Assembly (NCBI GenBank): GCA_964016885.1 | Contig: OZ024740.1 | Location: 218,364,001-218,428,000 of the forward strand | Direction: 5' to 3' | DNA: 64,000 nt | Source of the DNA: Eledone cirrhosa | Lineage: Eukaryota | Part shown: positions 11,084 to 24,010 of the stretch, piece after piece | Numbering within the stretch: position 1 is the first letter of the stretch | Layout of the letters: each line of letters starts with the position of its first letter | Notes under the pieces: model-generated | The model's database searches: none | Told to the model about the DNA's origin: nothing | What the model saw: the letters and a program-made list of their open reading frames with translations, nothing else | Position numbers and translations under genes: made by a program

Positions 11084-11924
11084 TATAAGCAGAAGGGATA
11101 TTCAATTTGTTGGAAATTCAACAAATATAAATGTTTATAACTGATTCAGAGCACTCGACATATTTTCTGGAGTATAATATTCATTTATATATATATATAT
11201 ATATATATATACATACTTACATATATGTGTATGCAGGTGTCGGCGTGTATCTGTGCATGCGTGCATGTGCGGACGTGTGTGTGTGTGTATGTGTGCGCGC
11301 ATATGTGTATAAGTGTTTGTATGTTTGTGTGTTTGTATACATACTTATACATAATATTTGCATGTCTATATAATGTATAGAAATTATTTTCGTTTTGCTG
11401 TCACTTACTCTATATTTTTCTCTTACTCTCTCTTTCCAAACTTCTCTCTCAGTCTTCATAAATTTTACTTTTTTTGCCGTCTTTCTAACTCATTCTCTCT
11501 TTCCCCCTCCTCTCTGTCTCTCCCTATCTCTCTCACCCTCTCTCTCTCCCTCTCTCTCACTCTCCCTCTCCCTCTCTCTGTCCCCCTATTCTTTCTTTCT
11601 TTCTTTCTCTGTCGCTCTCTCTCTCTCTTTCATTTTTAGTGTATCGCTTTTCCTTCTTTTATTTTCTCATTTTTCTCTTTCGATTACTTTTCATTTTCCC
11701 CCCTCCACCTGTTTTATTCCCTCTCTCTCTCTCTCTCTCTCCCTCTCTCTCTCTATCTATCTATCTCTGTCTCTCTCTCACTCACTAACACATTTATATG
11801 TTTATCTCTTATCCATCTCTTATCCATCTCTTTCTCTTCTATCTTTGTCTCTCTTTTTATATCCTACTTTTTCCTTCTCTTTCTTTCTCGTTTTCCTTCG
11901 CTTCTTTATTTGTATCAAACTTCC

Positions 11925-12135
11925 ACACACACACACACACACACTCTCTCTCTCTCTCTCTCTCACAAACACACACACACACTCTCTCTCACAAACACAC
12001 ACACACACTCCACACTCTCTCTCTCTCACACACACACACTCTCTCTCTCACACACACACACACACTCTCTCTCTCTCTCTCTCTCACAAACACACACACA
12101 CACTCTCTCTCACAAACACACACACACACTCCACA

Positions 12136-12167
<32 letters not shown>

Positions 12168-12293
12168 CTCTCTCACACACTCTCTCTCACAAACACACAC
12201 ACACACTCTCTCTCTCTCTCTCTCACAAACACACACACACTCTCTCTCTCTCACACACACACACACTCTCTCTCACAAACACACACACGCACT

Positions 12294-12325
<32 letters not shown>

Positions 12326-12553
12326 CTCTCACACACACTCTCTCTCACAAACACACACACACACACTCTCTCTCTCTCACACACACACTCTCTCTCTCAC
12401 AAACACACACACACACTCTCTCTCTCTCACACACTCTCTCTCTCTCTCACACACTCTCTCTCACAAACACACACACACACACTCTCTCTCCCACACACAC
12501 ACTCTCTCTCTCTCTCTCACACACACTCTCTCTCACAAACACACACACACACA

Positions 12554-12588
<35 letters not shown>

Positions 12589-12590
12589 GA
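11925..12590. repeat. Compound (CA)n/(CT)n minisatellite
   Basis: Alternating CA and CT blocks with a recurring 'tctcacaaac' marker. Confidence 0.9.
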
Positions 12591-13761
12591 TACATGCTTC
12601 TCTGTCTACTGTCTGGCTGTCAATCTCTCTCTCTCTCTTTCTTACGGTCTCTTATGCACGCACACACACACACAATCTGTTTTTCTTTTAGCCCACCCTC
12701 CTCTCACTATACACCTATTTGTTTCTCTTTATCTATATCTACACCGAACTAACACACACACAAACACAAACACACACACACAAACACAAACACACACACA
12801 CACACACACACATGTCCACATACCAACTCCAGCAACCCACTCGTTTACTCTCTCACTCTCTCACAGCCTACGTCTGTTATACTAAACGACCAGAAGCTGG
12901 CACCCCACCGTAAATTCAACGGCTAGACTCCTCTGTCCGCCCCGCCCTATCGACCCCCACCTCCACAGTGCTACTTCTTTCCGCACTCTCTCACCCTCTC
13001 TGCCACCCCCCTCTCTTTCACTCTCTCACTCTCTCTCTTTCTCTCTCTCTATATATATATATTTGACGAACCCCCATTCTCGTTAAAACTATTATTGGCC
13101 AGCACCACCATCGTCTCCGCATATATATACCTTTATTTCGCCACCGAGTTAGCTTTTGACGCGTTCGCTCGACCTGCTCGAAATAGCAGCCAAATTCCCT
13201 CAAACCAAACACCACAGTCTTTAAAATATGGACACATTCACCCATGTAGTCCAAGAGATATATACACACACAGATATATATTTTTTTTTTTTCACACACA
13301 TCCATATATATATAGAGAGGGATTAGGGGGACTCCGTCGGTTTCAACGATGAGTATTGTGGTTGTTCGGTCAATTAAAGTGGCTACTTTTTAGATTATGA
13401 AGGGCTGAGTACTACACAAACACTTCGACAGTTAAAGAATGAACCTGACAATAAGAAATACAAGTATATGCTTTCTATCAATTCGATTCCACTCTAAATG
13501 CATGGGTCGATCCGAGGTTATTGTAAGAAAAAAAAAAAAATCAAAAATACTTGCTTAACGTGGTATGCAGCAGGACCGGACCTACCTCCATATATATATA
13601 CACACATTCATACATACTTACATACATACATTCAAAATATATATATGTATATATATATATATATATATATTGAAGTTTCCGTTGAAAACAGAAAAAGTCA
13701 TAGGAGTGAAGAGTGCTCTATGTAAGTACCAGAGCAAAATTTAATGTATGTACAAAATTTA

Positions 13762-13798
<37 letters not shown>

Positions 13799-13961
13799 CA
13801 AAGGAGATATTTAATTCAACAAATATATATGTTTATAACTGATTCGAAGCATTCGACAAATTTTTCTGGAGTATAATATCAATGAGATTAAATAAAAAAA
13901 AAATGTGAGTGTGTGAATGTTTATGTGTGTAAATGTATACATGTATATGCATATATATATA

Positions 13962-14135
13962 TGCAGTATCGGTAGAGGGTCGGACGCCATGCTTTGACGC
14001 ATAGAGTTACGGCCCTTGCCATTCTGAGTTCAAATCCCGCCGAGGATAACTTTGCCTTTCATCCTTAAGGGGTCGATAAAATAAAGTACCAGTAATGAAC
14101 TGGTGTGGCTGGCCTTGTGCCAAAGTAGAAACAAT

Positions 14136-14166
<31 letters not shown>

Positions 14167-14622
14167 AAGTATGTATGAATGTGTGTATATATATATATAT
14201 ATATGGAGGTAGGTCCGGTCCTGCTGCGTAGCATCTTAAGCAAGTATTTTGGGTTTTTAACACCCCCCACCCCACCCCCACCCACTCTCAAGCGTGAAAC
14301 TAATAAATGTTTCTACTTTTGACACAAGGCCAGCAATTACCCAGTACATTACTGGTACTTTATTTTATCGACCCCGTAAGGATGAAAGGCAAAGTCAACC
14401 TCGGCGGGATTTGAACTCAGAATGGCAAGGGCCGTAACTCTATGCGTCAAAGCATGGTGTCCGACCTTCTACCGATACTGCCAATCCACCGCCCTGATAA
14501 TAATAATTGTTTCTACTTTAGGCACAAGGCCAGCAATTCACCAGTGTATTACTGGTACTCTATTTTATCGATCCTGTAAGGATGAAAGGCAAAGTTAACC
14601 TCGGCGGGATTTGAACTCAGAA
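13962..14622. mobile_element. Cluster of three Nin-like SINE copies (13962-14138 +, 14308-14492 -, 14500-14622 -)
   Basis: Same box A, box B and body as 4098-4277. Confidence 0.75.
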
Positions 14623-14694
14623 TAATATCATTTGTACTGCCTCTTCGTTTTTCTGTTTTTTGTTCTGTTTACTTTTTAAAAAAGTATATTATAC

Positions 14695-14751
<57 letters not shown>

Positions 14752-14752
<1 letters not shown>

Positions 14753-14929
14753 GAACGAGTAGGACCCCGACGGCTGAGCTCAAGCCGTTTCGACGGCCAG
14801 AATTAGCCGTCGAAACGGCTTGAGCTCAGCCGTCGGGGTCCTACTCGTTCCTATTACCCACTCTACACCCTATGTATTGAGTACTTTGGTGCGTTATGGT
14901 CCACCTGGTTCCTTACCACATTTTTTTCG

Positions 14930-14932
<3 letters not shown>
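14752..14932 (+). repeat. Short (TA)n-inserted repeat carrying the 3' half of an HHR, with 5' inverted duplication (PLE pLTR-like)
   Basis: gccgtc GAAA cggct-tgagctc-agccg TC ggggtcc, followed by a ~105-nt tail. Family copies at 15056-15115, 15915-16032, 19305-19364, 48655-48806, 49308-49450, 52582-52721, 58458-58518, 61108-61247 and 63051-63241. Confidence 0.7.
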
Positions 14933-15024
<92 letters not shown>

Positions 15025-15025
15025 A

Positions 15026-15056
<31 letters not shown>

Positions 15057-15169
15057 GTCCAGAAATAGCCGTCGAAACGGCTTGAGCTCTGCTGTCGGGG
15101 TCAAACTCTCTTCTTATATATATATATATATATATATACACAGATATGATATATATATATGAATGTATG

Positions 15170-15265
<96 letters not shown>

Positions 15266-15266
15266 A

Positions 15267-15502
<236 letters not shown>

Positions 15503-15522
15503 GTTTATATATATATATATAT

Positions 15523-15605
<83 letters not shown>

Positions 15606-15850
15606 TATTTATATATATGAGTCGTGAGACTGCGGCCATGCCAAGGTACTGTTTTGAGTTAGTCGATCATATCAACACAGATTATCTTTTCTTTTCGAAT
15701 TTGTTACTTAGTTCATCGATCTTTTTTGTCAGACCGCTATGTTACGAGCCATAGACATAGATACAAACAAACATACACACACACACATACATACATATAC
15801 ACACACGCACACATATGTATATGTGTGAGTGTGAATGTGTGTGTAAATGT

Positions 15851-15916
<66 letters not shown>

Positions 15917-16030
15917 CGAAGGAAATGTGGTAACGAACCAGGTGGACCATAACGCACCAAAGTACTCAATACTTAGGGTAGTAGAGTGGGTAATAGGAAC
16001 GAGTAAGACCCCCTTGGGGTCTTACTCGTT

Positions 16031-16091
<61 letters not shown>

Positions 16092-16111
16092 ATACATAGT
16101 ATCTAAGAAAT

Positions 16112-16152
<41 letters not shown>

Positions 16153-16396
16153 TCTTAGATACCATAAAAGTGAAACGGAAGAATTACATTACTAGGATAT
16201 GGTTGACTGTGACTTCGAAGTTTCGTCTAATTTATATATATAGCGAGAGAGGGAGAATGAGAGAGAGAGGGAGAGAGAGAGAGAGAGCACAAACTAGTGT
16301 TAACAATCTCCTTGGAGCCTCCCCCTATCCCACCAGCACCACGAAACACACCAACTCACACCGTACCACACACCCACAAACCTTTACAACAACTAA

Positions 16397-16434
<38 letters not shown>

Positions 16435-16720
16435 GCATCACCACCATCTCCAACATCACCACCATCACCACCATTACCACTACTATATATATATATATAT
16501 ATATATATACATGTGTGTGTGTGTGTGTATGTGTGCGTGCGTGTGTGTGTGCGTGTGCGTGCGTGCGTGTGTGTGTGTGCGTGCGTGCGTGTGTGTGTGT
16601 ATGTATGTGTGTGTGGGTGTGCGTGTGTGTGTGTGTATGTGTATGTATGTGTGTGTGTATGTATGTGTGCGTGTGCGTGTGTGTGTGTGTATGTGTGTGT
16701 GCGTGCGTGTATGTGTGTGT

Positions 16721-16762
<42 letters not shown>

Positions 16763-17081
16763 AAGCTGTGACTACCGCGGCAACTCGCTGTCTCTGTTTC
16801 TCTCTGTCTCTAAATATCTCGCCTTCTTTCTCTTTTTCTCTTTTCTTTCTAACTATCTATCGTTTGTTTTGTATTTTCCTCTAACAACTCCCCCTCACAC
16901 TAATTATCCCTACGCTTATCTTTTCCCCCTCAGCCCTTCCTCTTGTTTTCTCCCCCACCCCCCTCCTCCTCTCTCTCTCTCTCTCCTCCTTTTTCTCTTA
17001 CTATTAAAAATAAAATAAAGCACTAGTAAGTCTTCAAACTAACCAACAAACCAACAAACCAGTCAGTCCATTCTCTCCACC

Positions 17082-17113
<32 letters not shown>

Positions 17114-18380
17114 CTATAATGACACCAGCTCTCCCTCTCTTGAAGCTTTACTCTCACTCCTCACTCTCTCTTCGTTTTACTATCTCTCCGTCTCTTTCTC
17201 CTTCTAAGCTTCGCTGCCACCATAACCATCATCAGTACTAACCACCATCGTCGCCATCATTTTCAATATCGCCCCGTCGACGTTACCGACTCTAACAATG
17301 CAAACATCACCACCATCACCACTACTGCCACTTCCACCGTCACCACTACAACTACTACTGTTACCATCATCACCATCACCAGTTTAGTGTTACCGACTGT
17401 CGCCATCACCATTATCATCGTCGTCATCTTACTTAGCTGAACCACGCATATAAATTCGACCAACCAAGCAACCGACCCGAAGTGTTTTTAAGACTAGATA
17501 GAAGTAAAATAGGAGAGAGAGAGAGAGAGAGAAAGAAAGAAAGTCAGAGGGAAAGAAAGAAAGAGAGATAAGTGGACTCAACTTTACAGAACAACAGAAA
17601 CCTCACAACAAAGATTGCCAATACGACTAGAAATAACATTACAACGAAAAATAAGATCCACCACCCAAAATAAGATCCCCGCCAAAGAACAACGTTTGGT
17701 TAAAAAAACTAACAAACAAAACAAGGCAGAGAGAAAGAGAAAGAGAGAGAGAGAGAGCCAAAAAGAGAGAGACAAAGAAAGAGAGGGAGACAGAGGACTA
17801 GGAGGAGGGGAAACGAGAGAAAGTAAGAAAGCGAGAGAGGGTGATAAAAGAAGAAGGGGAGACGATAAAAAAATACCATCGTCTGGTTAAAAAAACTCCA
17901 ACAAAACGAGACAGAAATAGAGAAAGAGAAAAAGAGATAGATAGACAAGAAGATATATATTAGAGAAAGAGCGAGAGAGATAGAGAGTGAGAGAGAGAAG
18001 AGGAGAAGTGGGAAGGGGAGGAGACGAGAGAGAGTGAGAAAATAAAAGAGAGATATATAGAGAAAAAGAGAGGGAGGGACGGACGGAGAGAGAGGTAAAA
18101 AAAAAAAAACAATAACTCATAGTGAGAGGGGAAGAGGAGACTACGAACCGAGTGACTTAGTTATACTTGGAGAAGTTTTGCAGAAGCTGTTGCTTGTATC
18201 GGTCTCTCAAAGCTGCTGTTTATTGTTTACTGTGTGGTGTGTTGGTTGGTGTTTATTATTACTATTATTGTTGTAGTAGTTGTAGCCGTTGTTGTTGTTG
18301 TTGTGTGTTGTTCTGGGCAGTTCTCGTTATAGTTGAGTCGTGGTTTTTTTTTTTTTTTTCCGGCTGTTTTTGTTGGTACC

Positions 18381-18450
18381 ATGGTGGCTAACCGCAAACC
18401 CACGGAAACGGAGAGTAGTCTGTACGGCTTATGGATTCCCAGTATTACAG
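18381..18450 (+). CDS. Candidate first coding exon of an unidentified host gene
   Basis: Kozak-like accATGG; 70 nt open (MVANRKPTETESSLYGLWIPSIT + 1 nt); ends at a strong donor AG|GTGAGA; lies in non-repetitive sequence. Protein not recognised. Confidence 0.45.
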
Positions 18451-18487
18451 GTGAGAGATCCTTTTATTTATTTTTTGTTGTTGTATA

Positions 18488-18525
<38 letters not shown>

Positions 18526-18676
18526 AAGAAAAGAACTTCCTATTCTTAAAACCGGCAACTTTTTCTTTCTTTCATTTTATATTTCCATGATTTAATATTT
18601 AATACTTCATAATATTCCGTCATCATTATACACACACACACACATAATATTATGTGTATAACACACACACACACAC

Positions 18677-18734
<58 letters not shown>

Positions 18735-18809
18735 AAATAAATGACAACACAGATGCAAAAACAGTCTTATTGGTATCACAATTAGGAAGAATTATGTATA
18801 TATATATAT

Positions 18810-18865
<56 letters not shown>

Positions 18866-18979
18866 CCATACTCACATATTTATGCTTTCTTTTTTATTCA
18901 GACATGTGTATTATTCGATATAGCTTTCTTTTTTTCTGACTAACTCTCTCTCTCTCTCTGTCTCTCTCTCTCTCTCTCC

Positions 18980-19011
<32 letters not shown>

Positions 19012-19243
19012 ATTTTCGTTTTATGAGGCGGGATGAAATACCTTCATTCATATCTTTGATATATTTCGTAATAAATCAATTTATTTAAAAAAAAAATGTC
19101 ACATTAACACTTCAACAAGATTACGTAAAATATAACGACAATGTCCTCCTCTGCCCCTTTCCCCTTACTCCTGCTCATCTTCTTCAGTCAATGTCCTCGA
19201 TGACATACCTTTACTAATTCACACACACACATGTGTGTGTGTA

Positions 19244-19274
<31 letters not shown>

Positions 19275-19406
19275 GATGTTTCTGTGTATTTGAGTATATA
19301 TATAGGGAAATGTTCAGGACCCCGACGGCAGAGCTCAAGCCGTTTCGACGGCTATTTCTGGACTTATGTATATATATATATATATATATATATAATTGTT
19401 TGTATT

Positions 19407-19437
<31 letters not shown>

Positions 19438-19547
19438 TATGTGTGTGTGTATATATATATATATAGTATAAGAGATAGCGGCAGATGTAGATATATAGAT
19501 ACGTGCGTACACATACACATAATATACAACTCTAATTATATGTATGC

Positions 19548-19581
<34 letters not shown>

Positions 19582-19666
19582 CTGTTGTATCCATTCAATC
19601 GGATTATTTTTTTTTACAACTTCCTCCAAACCAAAATAATTCAACTACAACTACTACTACTACTAT

Positions 19667-19698
<32 letters not shown>

Positions 19699-20064
19699 TT
19701 ACTACTACTACTACTACTATTACTACTACTAATCGTAGTCCGGTGATTGTTCTGGAACTTTTATTTGACATTGTTGTTAGATATTTCCACATTTACCGAT
19801 CATATATTACAATTGTTTCATCATCGTCGTCGTTGTCATCATCGTCATCAGGAGTTTTCTCCGCCTCCGTCTTCTCATCATTATCTTCGTCGTCACCTTA
19901 GTTTATCATTATCATCATCATCGTCATCATCATAATCATTGCCATCACCACCATCATCATTGTCATGTCACCACCATCATCGCCGTTGTCATTATCACCA
20001 CCACCACATCATTCACAATATCATCATCAATATCATAAAGAAAATCCTTCTTAATTATTGAAAG

Positions 20065-20825
20065 GGTGGTGGCGGTGAATTGGCAAAATCGGCAGAGCGT
20101 CGAAATGAAATGCCTTTCGGTATTTATTTCACTTTTCGTTCTGATTTCATATCCCACCAAGGTCAACTTTACCTTTCATCCTTCCAGGTATCGGGTTAAC
20201 CAAAGGACGGTGATGGACTGTGTTGACCGGATCATTAGAGCATTGGACAAAATGCCTTGTAGTATTTGTTTCGGCTCTTTACCTTCTGAGTTCAAATCCC
20301 GTCGAGATCAGCGTTGCCTTTCATCTTTGCGGTGTCGATGAAATAAAGTACCAGTCTAGTACTGGAAGCTATATTATCGAGTAATTCCTTCCTCCTGCTA
20401 AAAATCAATTGAGGCCTTGTGCCTAAGTTAGAAACAATTATTATTAAACCGTACTATTGAAATATGGATGCCTTCGTTCTGAGTTCAAATCCCGCCGAGG
20501 TTAACTTTGCCTTTCATCATTCCGAGATCGGTAAAATAAAGCACCTGTAACGTACTGGAGTCGATTTAATCGAATTTCCCCTCACCCCAAATTACTGGCC
20601 TTGTGCCTATACTAGAAATCATTATTATTAGGGTGCAGAATTGTTAGAGCCTCAGGCAAAAGGTTTTTTGCGGCATTTAGTTGTTTTTCATTACGTTCTG
20701 AGTTCAAATCCTGCGGGGTCAACTTTCCCTTTCACCCTTCTGAGATCGATAAAATAAACTATCTGTTTAGTATTGGGATCGATACAATCAATTTCCCCCT
20801 CCACAGAAATTGCTAGCCTTCTGCC
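20065..20825 (+). mobile_element. Tandem cluster of about four older Nin-like SINE copies
   Basis: Repeated ttctgagttcaaatcc..aactttgcctttcatc..gataaaataaag at about 20140, 20285, 20478 and 20697. Confidence 0.7.
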
Positions 20826-20984
20826 TGATGGCTGACTTGATCAAAAGTGAAATTCATGTTACCGGTTCGATTCTCGTTGGTAGTAACCTTTTAAAATGTG
20901 ATTAAGGACTTTAAATAAACTCACCGTAAACATAAATATATTCTCGCATCTCACTCTGAGTCTTTCTAGTTTGTTTAGTCGTGT

Positions 20985-21490
20985 TGTTGTTGTTTAGCCC
21001 CAGGTCAACCTTGATCCAGCAGACCTATGATCAAAGGCAGTCCAGTTGTAATCATTTCATCGTTTGATCGTTTGTGTGTGTAGTGGAAGTGTCTAGGACT
21101 TCATGTATCATTATTGTTGGTGTTGTTTAGCCCCTGGTCAGGCTCGATTCATCAGACCTATGATTAAAGGCGTTACAGCCGTGACTGTTCCATATTTTCT
21201 GGAAGTGTCTCTAGAACATTGAGTATACTTCGCTTCCCTTAGGCGATGATATCTGATTTGAAGGAAATGTGACTGCTATTTTTGTCAAGTCAAGCAACCA
21301 TGTGGTGTGTTTAGCCAAAGTTAGCTCTGGTCCAGCAGATCTATGACCAAAGACATCTCAGCTGCGACCTTTCTATCTTTTGTGAGCAGGTTTCAAGGTC
21401 TACATTACCTAATCGATGTCCTCTTTAAGGCGGTGGAGTGTGATCTGAGAGTGATATGGTTGCTATTGTAGCAGGTCGAGTAAGCAAGTA
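20985..21490 (+). repeat. Three diverged tandem copies of an interspersed repeat
   Basis: gttgtttagcccc.ggtca...gatccagcagacctatgatcaaagg recurs at about 20990, 21122 and 21308; a fragment also occurs at about 51165. Confidence 0.6.
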
Positions 21491-22125
21491 CAGGACCTTG
21501 TTGATAGTGGTGGCTTTGTCGGTGGTGTTGTTAATCAACGATGGAGTAGTGAAGACATTGGGAAACACTGAAATAGATCTCCATCGGTTTCGATGATGAG
21601 TTTTCTAAGCTCAGGCTACATCTAATATGAAGGTCTCACTGAAGGCTAGATGTAATATGTATACCCCCTTCCCCGAAGCAGGTAACAGGTCCAGGCTAAT
21701 ATGTAAAATATTAACCCAGACCAGATGTAAAAGTAGCCCCTCACTCCCCCAAGCTGGTTATAGGCAAGTGTGAAATGTAGCTACCCAACCCCTTAGTAAA
21801 AAAAACTGGTAATAGACCCTGGCCATGAAATCTAGGCCCTATTTCAAACTATTTAAATATTTTAAGAATCAGTGTTAAATACATGATTACTGTATGAGTT
21901 ACAGCTACATACATGGAGTTTACATGTAGTGTACATGTAGTACTTACATGTAACAGAACTAGAAGTTAGGCAAGTGACCACCCTCAAAATTGTAGGCCCG
22001 TGTCAATTGACCTAGCTGATATTACCCTCTCATCTGATGTGTACACCACCCTTCCGTCATTACATCAATCACAGACAGACATCTACACCCCATCACCCGA
22101 CAGAACAATGTTACAAAACTATCTC

Positions 22126-22408
<283 letters not shown>

Positions 22409-22964
22409 CTTGCTTTACTCGCACACACATATTGCATTACACACAAACACATATGTGGGGGCGGAGTGAAGTAATAGGCTGATACTACGAAATCATTGCC
22501 ACTTTTCACTTCAGAAAATATATTTTACACTCTGTTCACACGTATTGAGTGCTCATTCGGTTAATATCGTGTGGATCGAAGAGCTGTGGAAAAGGGTAGA
22601 CGATATTTGTTATGTTATTTGAGGGAAGTTTGGTTGCTCTTTCTCGCAGGTCGAGCAACTGCATAGAGTTGGAGAAGGCGGGAATACGTTTAACCCTCTT
22701 GATACCAAACCGTCTGAAATCGCCCTGGTTTTTTATAATATAAAACTGACAATTTAAACATTATGCTTATATCGTAATTTTCTAAAAGAAGTAATGTTAA
22801 CTAATATTCCAAGGATCAGCTTACTAATGAACAGATTAATTATTTTTACTAAATTCTTCCAAATCTTTGATTATTTTCAAAATTAGTCGAAACTCATAGT
22901 CAGTGTATTTTCATTACAAATGTGGTAACAAAGATAAAAGTATATGGTCCTCAATTATTAGTTA

Positions 22965-23305
22965 GTCCAAAGACTCTAAACACGCGACCTGCAAACTATT
23001 TTTATATGGCCCGCGGCAGAATATTTAAAACGGACAATTAGTCCCCCTACATTTTGTACTAATTCACATATCCCACTTACTATCATATGTGTATTCATTT
23101 TGATGAAAAAATAGCAGCCTATCAGCTGTGTTGCAGATTAACATTATAATTGGTAGAAATGACGCCTCCTTCCTCATCATCTCACTTTTGACCTACTGTA
23201 TCTCTCCCCAAGGAAGTAATGGCCTTTTTGATGCCTTGAATTTCAGACCCCTGACTTAGTTGTTCTCAACCTGTGGTCCGCGGACCCCCTGGAGAATCCG
23301 CAAAA
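22965..23305. mobile_element. hAT-like MITE remnants
   Basis: tggcccgcgg subterminal motif and right end ttcagacccctg, adjacent to a second start tagttgttctcaacctgtggtccgcggacccc. These resemble Charlie/hAT termini. Confidence 0.4.
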
Positions 23306-23587
23306 GTAGTAAATGGGAAATCTTAAGCTTGTTGAGGAAACGAAATTTTTAAAAATCCTTGACTAATGGAAAGAATCGTTTGAATAAACAGATCGATAAA
23401 ATATTGCCCAGACATGAAAAAAAAAAAAAAATAAAGCACTGGAGTCGATATGATAGAAATTGAGGCGGTGCTCTATCATGGCCGCAGTCTAATGACTGAA
23501 ACCAGTCAAAGAATAGTAGAATCTTTTATATCGCGTCGTTAGTTCCAGGTTTCCAACAGAACAATCGATGAGTCACTACATTAAATT

Positions 23588-24010
23588 ACGAGGGTCGGCT
23601 GACCAAGATAGTTTCATGGAATGACCAACTAAAGTTTATTTTTAAACATAGTCCCTAGAAAGAAACTATCCAGTTATTAATAAGAGTTGAAATTAATACA
23701 TGCAAGATTTCATAGACTGACCAAGATACTCTCATGGAATGACTAAATGAGGCTTATTTTTCAACACTGTATCTAGAAAGAAACTAAGCAGTTATTAATA
23801 AGAAGAGTTGAAATTAATGCATGCAAGATTTCACAGCTCTAGCATCACTCCTTCATAGTCTGAACAAGATGCTCTCATAGAATGACCAAATGAGGTTTAT
23901 TTTTCAACATAGTCCTTGGAAAGAAACAATGTAGTTATTGATAAGAAGAGTTGAAATTAATGCATGCAAGATTTCACAGCTCTAGCATCATTCTTCAGCC
24001 GACTCTTGTA
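23588..24010. mobile_element. Mariner-like MITE with internally triplicated ~120-bp segment
   Basis: Ends tacgagggtcggctga ... tcagccgactcttgta. The internal unit ccaagat..catggaatgaccaa..aagagttgaaattaat occurs three times. Relatives at 37761-37920 and 49815-50047. Confidence 0.65.

Noticed and set aside
12930-13230. GC box/CCAAT promoter-like region
   Set aside because: Part of it is the reverse complement of an interspersed repeat (gatttggctgctattt..agcaggtcgag) seen at 21250-21480 and 22615; short motifs alone are insufficient.
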